DNA of 64,000 bases from an uncultured Eubacteriales bacterium (GTDB lineage Bacteria; Bacillota_I; Bacilli_A; RF39; UBA660): NCBI GenBank assembly GCA_963545265.1, contig CAUUHY010000005.1, forward strand, positions 53-64,052, written 5' to 3'. The notes under the pieces were generated by a model, which was not told the origin of the DNA, ran no database searches, and saw nothing but the letters and a program-made list of their open reading frames with translations. Every line of letters begins with the position of its first letter. The first letter of the stretch is position 1. Made by a program: the position numbers and the translations under genes. Below, one piece after another: positions 10,122 through 18,003 of this stretch.

Positions 10122-10931
10122 TCATCTAATTTTTGGCAAACCAGAATCAGGTTGCACTGGTTCATCTGATAAATTTTCTAACTTTAAAAGATACGACTTA
10201 TTACATATAATTGTTGGTGTATAATCATTTACTGCTGCTTCATATCTATCAGGACCTTGATATGTAAACATCGGTAATGTTATTGTATATGGAAGAGAAT
10301 TAAATACTATATTTCCTTTCAAAGAATTTTCTTCATCTATTCTCACTTGTGTTTCAAGAAATTTATCTTCTGTATCATATGGATCTTTTGTAAAAGATTC
10401 ATAAATAGTTATCGCATCAGGACAATGAATTCCAAATTTTGAACAAGCTAGTTTTGCACTAGAAAACAAATTATATAAAGTACTAGAATCATTTTGACCT
10501 TTCATTTCCGCAAATTTATAATATTCGTAAGTTCTATTCATAAAATTTATTAAGTTTGAACCACTTTTAAAAGCAAGAGTAGCTAAATCTTTTTCAATAA
10601 ATTTTGCATATTTATGTTTTTCTATATAACCAACACCATAATTAGCAGGTAATGCATATTGACTTTCATCATATTCTTCAGTTGGTTCTTTCTTTTTATT
10701 CATTTCATATACCCGTACTAAATATTTCGAAATGTTTAAAACTCTTTTCTTTATATTTGTATCTTTTATTAAATCAATTTGCTTATCAAAATTTTTTAGT
10801 AATTCCAATATTATTTTAATATTTTCATTTACATATTTTTCATAATATGAAATGTCATATTCATTTGAATTATCAAGTCTACTTCTTCCTAAAACAACCA
10901 ATTCATCTATATCATCTAATGTAAAATACAT
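10122..10931 (-). CDS. hypothetical protein
   Basis: ORF only. Confidence 0.35.
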   Translation of the reverse strand: MYFTLDDIDELVVLGRSRLDNSNEYDISYYEKYVNENIKIILELLKNFDKQIDLIKDTNIKKRVLNISKYLVRVYEMNKKKEPTEEYDESQYALPANYGVGYIEKHKYAKFIEKDLATLAFKSGSNLINFMNRTYEYYKFAEMKGQNDSSTLYNLFSSAKLACSKFGIHCPDAITIYESFTKDPYDTEDKFLETQVRIDEENSLKGNIVFNSLPYTITLPMFTYQGPDRYEAAVNDYTPTIICNKSYLLKLENLSDEPVQPDSGLPKIR

Positions 10932-11031
10932 AACATTTTCTCCAATACTACATATAGTATAACTTTTTTTAAAAAAAATATCATTTATTTCATTTTATTA
11001 TATAAAACAATTTAAAAAACTTAATTTTCAT

Positions 11032-11886
11032 CTATTTTTGTATAGGTTTATTGGATTCTTGATTTTCTTTTATAAAATTTTTAGAAGCTTCAAGACCAAA
11101 TGTATAATACGGTGTATCTCCATCAAATGTATAATCATCTAATAGTCCATTCCGTCCATACAATTGTCTATATAATTTTTCAGTTTTGGTTAAATCAATC
11201 TTATGCGGCTCACCCATTTTTAAGGACTTGTATTCTTCCTCCGATAAAGGTTTACAGTATCCAAATGAAAATTTTTTATCACCATTTATAAAGTTTACAA
11301 AATGTGACGAATCATAAATTACAACAGGAAAATTCCCATAACCTTTAGGATAAACTAAGTTATATGCATGCAATTCTAAATCTCTGGCACCTACAACTAC
11401 TTCTGAATCTATCCCTAATAACTTAAACATATTATGTGATAATCCTGATTTTTCAGAACAAAAGGCAACACTATTATCTCTAATATCTTTAATAGAAACT
11501 TTATCACCTTCATGAGAGACATATGTAAAATATCTACCAAATCCTATATCATCAGAAGGCAAATAGTCGTGTACTTCAAAAAATATAGTTGTAAATAATG
11601 ATAATTCATTATACCAAGAGTTTTCTTTAATCGATTTTATAAGATTAACATAAGGTTCGATATCATCATAAACTAAGTCAGGACATTCTGCATCATCAAA
11701 CTTATCTCCCGGTTTATAATGAACTTTAGAAGAAATATAATCACTAAAGCTATCGGTATAATTTTGACCTACTGTTTTTTCTTCTGCTATATCTTCTAAT
11801 TCTGCTATTCTTAATTTTACAAATTCTCTTATTTCTTCTTCATCTTTTAATTCAAATATTCTTTTATTAATTTCCTCTTTAGTCAT
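11032..11886 (-). CDS. hypothetical protein
   Basis: ORF only. Confidence 0.35.
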   Translation of the reverse strand: MTKEEINKRIFELKDEEEIREFVKLRIAELEDIAEEKTVGQNYTDSFSDYISSKVHYKPGDKFDDAECPDLVYDDIEPYVNLIKSIKENSWYNELSLFTTIFFEVHDYLPSDDIGFGRYFTYVSHEGDKVSIKDIRDNSVAFCSEKSGLSHNMFKLLGIDSEVVVGARDLELHAYNLVYPKGYGNFPVVIYDSSHFVNFINGDKKFSFGYCKPLSEEEYKSLKMGEPHKIDLTKTEKLYRQLYGRNGLLDDYTFDGDTPYYTFGLEASKNFIKENQESNKPIQK

Positions 11887-11944
11887 ATTATCTAACTCCT
11901 TATATAAATTATATTTATCATATTCTTTATTTATAATATGTCAA

Positions 11945-12330
11945 GTAATCTTTTTATATTTGTATCATTTAAATTTGCATAATTAACTACTGTTGCTCTT
12001 ATATTTTTTACTTCATTAGTTATGTTTTTTAGTTCATCAATTTATGATATATAAACTAACATTCTTGAATACTGAGTAAAGTCCACATCTGTTGTTTCTT
12101 TATATTTCTTTTTTTTACCAATTTTTGAATATTCATAATCAATTCGTAAAGATTTAATTTCGTAATTATTTAATATTTATGGTACTATTACACCTAAACA
12201 AACTATCCATTGTTTAACTGGAAATATTTTCATATTATTAATTTGATTATCTATTAATCCTGTTCCATCCTTTTCAGGCAATTGATTAACAACTTCTTCA
12301 TCAAATTTTATTTTTTCAATTCATCAGTTG
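11945..12330 (-). pseudogene. decayed gene remnant (coherent reading frame interrupted by in-frame stops)
   Basis: The minus-strand frame reads EKIKFDEEVVNQLPEKDGTGLIDNQINNMKIFPVKQWIVCLGVIVP*ILNNYEIKSLRIDYEYSKIGKKKKYKETTDVDFTQYSRMLVYIS*IDELKNITNEVKNIRATVVNYANLNDTNIKRLL. No intact ORF of 60 aa or more covers this 450-bp gap. Confidence 0.35.
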
Positions 12331-12397
12331 AACATTATCTATATTTTTTAACAAAAAACAAGTTATATTATCTCTAATCAATTGTTCTTTCTTTATT

Positions 12398-13402
12398 CTA
12401 ATCTACATATCCAATTATTTCTTTTAATTCACTATATGGATAAGGAGCTTCATCCTCGTTATAATATGCAATATTAACAACTCTAGCTTCTACCTCTTCG
12501 TCGTTCAAGCCTCTAGGAACAAGAATAACATCTCCAATCTTATAATCATGATCTGATTTATAGCTATATAATCTATCTCCATACATATCAGAATACTCAA
12601 CATATATATACTTTAATTTTTGTTTTTTCTTCTTTTTGACATAGTACTTACCATATTTTTTATTAAATTCATCCATTGTGTTTATTGTATAAGTTTCAGG
12701 TTCTAAGTTAGGATATGCATAACTTATAGAACCTCCATTACTACCTTTTTCTTTAATCATGAAATTAACTTGTTTATGAGGATAATCATCTGTATCTCTT
12801 TGTTTTCTTATACCATTTTCTACAACATATTCATGACCATTATTTGTTTTATCTATTGTATATATAAGTAAATTATCAAATGATTCTGTATCAAAACTAT
12901 ATTTTACAAAACTTTCGTAAGTTAATTCATACTCTCTATCAATTATATTTTTATCTAAATCTATTATATATACTTTAGTCAAATCATTAGTTACATAATA
13001 TTTATATGGATTAACTGGATTTCTTTTTAGCAAATCTTTAATAGGAGTTTTTTCAAACTCATCTGTATATTCGTTTATATTCATTACTAAATATTCATTT
13101 AATTTTTTTATTTCGTCAATCGATATCTTATCTAATGATTTTGTTAGTTCAAATTTTCTATAACAATATTCTGGTTTATAACTCCATAAATGAGCTGTTT
13201 TGCAATCATCACATAACCAAAAATAATCATTATCTTCATAAAATGATGCCATTTCTTCATAAGCATCATCAAAATTCTTAGTATCATCATTTGCTATATA
13301 ATCTTTTAAATCTTTGAAACTAAAAATATCATATACTATATGACCATCACCATCCCACATATTAGCTCCACATTTACATCCCATATGACTCATTAGTAAC
13401 AC
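12398..13402 (-). CDS. hypothetical protein with an N-terminal zinc-ribbon-like Cys cluster (CKCG ... CDDC)
   Basis: ORF only. C-x-C and C-x2-C pairs are present in the first 70 aa. Confidence 0.4.
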   Translation of the reverse strand: MLLMSHMGCKCGANMWDGDGHIVYDIFSFKDLKDYIANDDTKNFDDAYEEMASFYEDNDYFWLCDDCKTAHLWSYKPEYCYRKFELTKSLDKISIDEIKKLNEYLVMNINEYTDEFEKTPIKDLLKRNPVNPYKYYVTNDLTKVYIIDLDKNIIDREYELTYESFVKYSFDTESFDNLLIYTIDKTNNGHEYVVENGIRKQRDTDDYPHKQVNFMIKEKGSNGGSISYAYPNLEPETYTINTMDEFNKKYGKYYVKKKKKQKLKYIYVEYSDMYGDRLYSYKSDHDYKIGDVILVPRGLNDEEVEARVVNIAYYNEDEAPYPYSELKEIIGYVD

Positions 13403-13545
13403 CTCTCTTCACATATAAATATATCATGCTTTTAGTATATTTTTTGCAATTAACACTTCATTATAAAAATTATATAGCCAAGCACTAAATCAAAGTGACT
13501 CCAGAATGGCTCCAGCCCTTATTTTGGACTATTTTTTGATAAAAA

Positions 13546-13611
13546 GAAAAACTCGTAAGTCCTTATTTATAGGACTTTAGGAGTCTTATTTACCACTACT
13601 ACCACATGGCC
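13546..13611 (-). repeat. degenerate copy (A) of the secA 3' end plus terminator module
   Basis: It aligns with 17956-18045. The terminator hairpin ACTCGTAAGTCC...GGACTTTAGGAGT is retained, and the SEC-C codons are shortened to PCGSSGK*. Confidence 0.5.
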
Positions 13612-13738
13612 TTTTGTATTCGAAATTTTGAAAGTTTTTTTGAAACAATTGGAAACTTATGTGAGCACTCCATAGCACTCGGTAAAACTAGCAAAACTTA
13701 TCTAAAAAAATTTAATTTTAATTTTTTACCATTTTTAA

Positions 13739-15016
13739 TTATAGTTTTATTGTTTCAAGAGCATCAATATTAATTAACATTTCATTACCATCATCCATAT
13801 TCTTAATTTTCAATTGACCACTAGAAATTTCATCAGTTCCTATAACTATGACATATTTAATTTTTTCTCTATTAGCATAATCAAGTGATTTTTTTAGTTT
13901 TCTTTTATTCATTTCTATATCAACATTATAACCATTTTTTCTAAATTGGTTTGCAAGTTTTAAAGATTCTATTTCTGTTCCCATCGGTATGATAAAGATA
14001 TCAGTATTTGACTTTTCTTTTTCTAAATCCTTTTTTAATAATTCATATATAGCAGATAGGCCAAAACTAATTCCAACAGTAGGATATTCTTTTCCGTCTC
14101 CTATAAAGTTTCCAATCATTTCGTCATATCTTCCACCTGCTGCAATGCTACCTTTTATTCTTTCTCTTTTATCATAAACTTCAAATATATTTCCTGTATA
14201 GTAATTTTGACCTCTTGCTAATGTAATATCAAAATTACAACAATTGAGTTCAAGTTGTCTTAAGTATTCACTCAAATTATTTACTTCTTCTAATCCTTTT
14301 AATATTTTTTCATTATTAGTATTTTTAAAAACTTGATTTAATGTTGATAAATTCATCTGAAAATAATTGTTTAGATTTTTTATTACTTTTTCTGTTAATC
14401 CTAACTCCGATAACATTTGATTGAACTCTATATCTTTTAGTTTATCTTTCTTATCTACAATAGTTGTTACCTCTGGTACTAAGTCTTCAGATATTCCTGA
14501 CTCAATAATTAATCCGCTCATAAGTTTTCTACTATTGTATTTAATTATAATTTCAATATTAAATTCTTTAAATGTTTTTACAAATAATGATAATAGCTCT
14601 GCTTCAATATATTGTCCTTTTATACCAACAACATCTGCATCACATTGAGTAAATTCTCTATCTCTACCAACTTTAACAGGTCCATCTCTAAACACTTTTG
14701 ATATCTCATATCTCTTAAATGGAAGTGATATTTTATTTTTATTTAATGCTATAAACTTTGCAAAAGGAACTGTTAGATCATATCTTAATCCTAAATTTCT
14801 ATTTCCTTGGTCTGTTAATCTATATATTTCTTTTAAAATATCATTATTTTCATCATACTTATCACTAAGCATATCATAATAGCATAATATAGGTGTTTCA
14901 ATATTAACAAATCCATATTTTTTAAAATTATCTATTATTATACTATTTATATAATTTCTAATTTTTTGTTCTTTAGGTAAAAAATCATAACCACCTTTAA
15001 CATTTTGTATTTTCAT
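13739..15016 (-). CDS. hisS: histidine--tRNA ligase
   Basis: Class II aaRS motifs (GxRYDLTVPFARF-like, GGRYD) and a C-terminal anticodon-binding domain. The start is set at the Met preceded by an AGGATGA Shine-Dalgarno. Confidence 0.85.
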   Translation of the reverse strand: MKIQNVKGGYDFLPKEQKIRNYINSIIIDNFKKYGFVNIETPILCYYDMLSDKYDENNDILKEIYRLTDQGNRNLGLRYDLTVPFAKFIALNKNKISLPFKRYEISKVFRDGPVKVGRDREFTQCDADVVGIKGQYIEAELLSLFVKTFKEFNIEIIIKYNSRKLMSGLIIESGISEDLVPEVTTIVDKKDKLKDIEFNQMLSELGLTEKVIKNLNNYFQMNLSTLNQVFKNTNNEKILKGLEEVNNLSEYLRQLELNCCNFDITLARGQNYYTGNIFEVYDKRERIKGSIAAGGRYDEMIGNFIGDGKEYPTVGISFGLSAIYELLKKDLEKEKSNTDIFIIPMGTEIESLKLANQFRKNGYNVDIEMNKRKLKKSLDYANREKIKYVIVIGTDEISSGQLKIKNMDDGNEMLINIDALETIKL

Positions 15017-15025
15017 AATAATCAT

Positions 15026-15262
15026 CCTATCTATTTTTTCAATTAAAAAAGCTATACAATGGTCCTTGTATAGCTAAATCATTTATATATTTAAAGCTAG
15101 ATACAAGCACCACAAATAGCACTTGTACCATGTACATTTTTTAACGTCGGTTCAAGTGCAAATTATTATGATAATGTAAATTAGTTAATTTTAAGTTTAA
15201 CATAACAATCTCTCCCTTTTAATGTAATAAATTATAGTGCTTTTTACATAACTTTGCAAATT
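15026..15262 (-). promoter_or_regulatory. hisS leader: near-consensus sigma-A promoter (TTGCAA-17-TATAAT at 15254-15231) and a ~200-nt leader. The leader ends in a perfect terminator hairpin (AGCTATACAA-ggacca-TTGTATAGCT plus U6 at 15045-15075) with an upstream competing antiterminator sequence (CTTGTATCTAGCT). This is a probable T-box riboswitch.
   Basis: The promoter hexamers and the terminator are read directly. The antiterminator alternative pairing overlaps the terminator 5' arm. hisS is commonly T-box regulated in Firmicutes. The canonical T-box 14-mer is only partly recognisable. Confidence 0.45.
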
Positions 15263-15308
15263 TCATAAAAAACTTATCTAAAATTTTTAAATTGTAATTT
15301 TTTATTCA

Positions 15309-15334
15309 ACAACTTATCTAATAACTTATCTAAA
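15309..15334. repeat. 26-bp perfect direct repeat ACAACTTATCTAATAACTTATCTAAA, copy 1 (two tandem 12-mers), abutting the methyltransferase stop codon
   Basis: Identical to 16839-16864. Confidence 0.7.
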
Positions 15335-15970
15335 TTATTTCATTTTTCTAGCCTTAATTAAACTATAATCGTCTTTATCAACATTACTTGAAGTTATTTC
15401 TTGAAAGCCAACCTTTTTTAATACTTCTATTTCATGTTCAACAGTAAGTGGTGTATCTATATGTTTGTGATTTTCTATATTGTTTTCTAGTTCATATAAT
15501 TGACCATCTTCTATTTCTTGTGATAAAGCTATCTTATCGCAATTTATAAATTGACCATTTTCTTTTAAACAATCATATATCTTTTTATATAGTTTTATTT
15601 TTTCTTCTATTTTAAAGTGATGAAGAGCTGATGTAGATATAACTGCATCATAATTATCTCCAAATTCTACTTCAAAGAAATCACCACATATAGTAGTTAC
15701 ATGATCTGCAAAACTTCTTTTCTTTAATTCTTCAAGCATATTTTCGGTAATATCTATGACTGTTACTTCAGCACCTGGAAATAGTTCAAATACATGAATT
15801 AATTCTAATCCTGTACCTGCACCCAAGTCTAATATTTTTTTAGTTTCTTTGTCTAAGCTATCTCCTAATGTTTTTTTAGTTTCCATATATGTACTATGTA
15901 CATCATCATAAGAATCTATCTTTTCATTAAAGAATGTTCTTTGTTTTTGATTTCTTTCATATAAATTCAT
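15335..15970 (-). CDS. class I SAM-dependent methyltransferase (small-molecule type)
   Basis: Motif I ILDLGAGTG and a post-I acidic residue, in a Rossmann-like fold. Confidence 0.7.
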   Translation of the reverse strand: MNLYERNQKQRTFFNEKIDSYDDVHSTYMETKKTLGDSLDKETKKILDLGAGTGLELIHVFELFPGAEVTVIDITENMLEELKKRSFADHVTTICGDFFEVEFGDNYDAVISTSALHHFKIEEKIKLYKKIYDCLKENGQFINCDKIALSQEIEDGQLYELENNIENHKHIDTPLTVEHEIEVLKKVGFQEITSSNVDKDDYSLIKARKMK

Positions 15971-15972
15971 AA

Positions 15973-16527
15973 TTATATCCCCCTTAAATTTACTTCTATA
16001 TTATTTCTAATTAAATCTTTGATTTCTTTATCTGTTAATTTAATACTATTTACACATAACTGTGTTGCTATACCATGAGTATAGAATCTTACTTCACGAT
16101 ATACCTTTTTTGCTTCTCCTAAAGATATTTTATATTGTTTTACCATTGCATTAATAGTTTCAACGTTTCTATCAGTATTTAACACTTCTTCTACTGTTCT
16201 AGAACCAGCAAAATCAGTCATAAACAATGAAAAGAATATATTTGGTTCTTTTTTTGCATAAAAAGCATATGCATAACTTATTGTGTATAAATAATCTTTT
16301 ATATCTATATACTTACGAATAAATGATGAGTAATCTTTCCTTAAATAAAATTTTAGATCTTCTTTATACATATCAAAGTTTTCATAGTTTTTAAATATTG
16401 GTTGTGTTGAACATCCTATATATTTAGCAAGTTCTCTAACTGTTAGATTAGAGTAACCTTTTTCCTTTATAAATTCAACACTCTTTTCTAATATATCTTC
16501 TTTAGAATATTTAATAGTTCTCGCCAT
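15973..16527 (-). CDS. TetR/AcrR family transcriptional regulator
   Basis: N-terminal HTH (LTVRELAKYIGCSTQPIFKNY). The start is set at the ATG with a GAGGTGA Shine-Dalgarno; the longer ORF begins at a GTG. Confidence 0.75.
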   Translation of the reverse strand: MARTIKYSKEDILEKSVEFIKEKGYSNLTVRELAKYIGCSTQPIFKNYENFDMYKEDLKFYLRKDYSSFIRKYIDIKDYLYTISYAYAFYAKKEPNIFFSLFMTDFAGSRTVEEVLNTDRNVETINAMVKQYKISLGEAKKVYREVRFYTHGIATQLCVNSIKLTDKEIKDLIRNNIEVNLRGI

Positions 16528-16550
16528 AAATATCACCTCACAAACGCATA

Positions 16551-16568
16551 AAATAACATTTGTTATTT
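16551..16568. promoter_or_regulatory. candidate TetR operator: perfect 8-bp inverted repeat AAATAACA-tt-TGTTATTT about 25 bp upstream of the tetR start
   Basis: A palindrome with the geometry typical of TetR-family operators. Confidence 0.4.
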
Positions 16569-16653
16569 TATTTTTAATGATTTAATATGTTTTTTAGAAA
16601 AAAACGTATCTAAAGTACTTTTTTGATAAAAATTACTAAAAATGTGGAACAAA

Positions 16654-16741
16654 GAAAAATCTCGCAATCCCTTTATTTATAAGGGAAAACGAGATTATTT
16701 ACCACAACATTGTTTATATTTCTTACCACTTCCACATGGTA
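16654..16741 (-). repeat. copy (B) of the secA 3' end plus terminator module
   Basis: It is 37/38 identical to the secA SEC-C codons (encodes ...LPCGSGKKYKQCCGK*). The terminator hairpin carries compensatory changes (TCCC/GGGA versus GTCC/GGAC). Confidence 0.6.
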
Positions 16742-16838
16742 ATAATTTAAAACAACCAGGTAATTTTTTCCTTTTAAATTGGTGTTTTTTATTTAAAACT
16801 TATAATTTTTTGTTCAATTATTGTAAGTTTTTTTTCGT

Positions 16839-16864
16839 ACAACTTATCTAATAACTTATCTAAA
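16839..16864. repeat. 26-bp perfect direct repeat, copy 2, about 25 bp downstream of the UDG-fusion gene stop
   Basis: Identical to 15309-15334. Confidence 0.7.
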
Positions 16865-16888
16865 AAAATTATTTTAGTGTGCTGAGAT

Positions 16889-17797
16889 CTAAAAGTTTGT
16901 AATATCTTGTAAATTCAAATTCTTAAATATTTCTTCATTACCTTTATAACTTAATGGTGATATAGGACTAGGATGATATATAGGGATTATTTTATATCCA
17001 TTTACATCAAATACCTTTCCAACAACATCAGAAAACCTTTTATATTTTACATCTAAAATCGTTCTAGTTGCAGAATATCCTAATGATAGTATTACTTTAG
17101 GTTTTATTTCTTCTAATTGCATAAAAAGAAATTTTTTACAGTTGATACTACACTTGTTTAAATATTTTTTATCAATAGGATAGCATTTTATTGCTTCAAT
17201 AAAATATGTATCTTCAATTGTTAAATTTATTAAATTTAATAATTTTTGCAAAACAACACCAGATGGTAACAATTTATGATTTATATCATACCATGCTATC
17301 CCACTTTTTCTCCAACCATTATTAGCTGGTGCTTCACCAAGTATAACAACATCTTTTTGCTTTCCAAATGAAACAGTTTTGCTATTAGGAAACTTTTCCA
17401 CCATATTTGAACACAAACTACAATTTTGGATTTTTTCATCTATAAGATTTAACTTAACTTTTAATTTTAGTAATTGATATCTTTCATTAGTATCTTCATT
17501 ATTTAAAACTTCATCTCTTGTTTTAATAACATAATTTGAATAATCAATTTTATCAACTTTAAATTGATCAGATGTAAAATCAATAATTTTATCATTGATA
17601 ATATTAAAATAATGACTAATACCGTTTATTTTTATTTTACAAATATTACCACCAAAATAATCATTTATCAATAATGCTACAATAGCACAATGTCCTAGAG
17701 TTTTATTATCTATATTCCATTGCTCTTTACAATCAGGATAACAAGTTTCTTTAGAATATATATTAATTAATATTTTTTCTAGTTTATCTAATTTCAT
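16889..17797 (-). CDS. fusion protein: N-terminal Cys-containing domain of unknown function plus a C-terminal uracil-DNA glycosylase superfamily domain (family 4/5-like)
   Basis: The C-terminal half has CxxC (NCSLCSNM), a GEAPA motif (VVILGEAPANNGW) and an HPSP motif (IYHPSPISPL), which are typical of UDG families 4 and 5. Confidence 0.55.
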   Translation of the reverse strand: MKLDKLEKILINIYSKETCYPDCKEQWNIDNKTLGHCAIVALLINDYFGGNICKIKINGISHYFNIINDKIIDFTSDQFKVDKIDYSNYVIKTRDEVLNNEDTNERYQLLKLKVKLNLIDEKIQNCSLCSNMVEKFPNSKTVSFGKQKDVVILGEAPANNGWRKSGIAWYDINHKLLPSGVVLQKLLNLINLTIEDTYFIEAIKCYPIDKKYLNKCSINCKKFLFMQLEEIKPKVILSLGYSATRTILDVKYKRFSDVVGKVFDVNGYKIIPIYHPSPISPLSYKGNEEIFKNLNLQDITNF

Positions 17798-17957
17798 ATT
17801 ATCCCTCAGCTAATAAATATTATATCATAAATCATTCATATTTCTTTATTTGTAATATTATTTATTTTTATTATCTAAAGAAGCAATTAAATCAGCAAAA
17901 AACTTATCTAAAACTTGTCCAGGACAAAAGATACGCTATAATTACCTAAATATTGCA

Positions 17958-18003
17958 ATCATAGAAAAACTCGCAAGTCCTTATTTATAGGACTTTACGA
18001 GTC
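17958..18003 (-). terminator. secA intrinsic terminator (GACTCGTAAAGTCC-loop-GGACTTGCGAGT plus a U-run)
   Basis: A hairpin immediately after the secA stop codon, followed by TTTTTCT on the minus strand. Confidence 0.65.

Noticed and set aside
16642-16851. 69-aa plus-strand ORF (MWNKEKSRNPFIYKGKRDYLPQHCLYFLPLPHGNN...)
   Set aside because: It is the antisense read-through of secA-end copy B. The coding sense of that repeat is on the minus strand (SEC-C motif).
15309-16864. The 12-mer/26-bp repeats as TetR operators
   Set aside because: They are direct, non-palindromic repeats, and one lies downstream of the operon. A proper palindromic operator candidate exists at 16551-16568.
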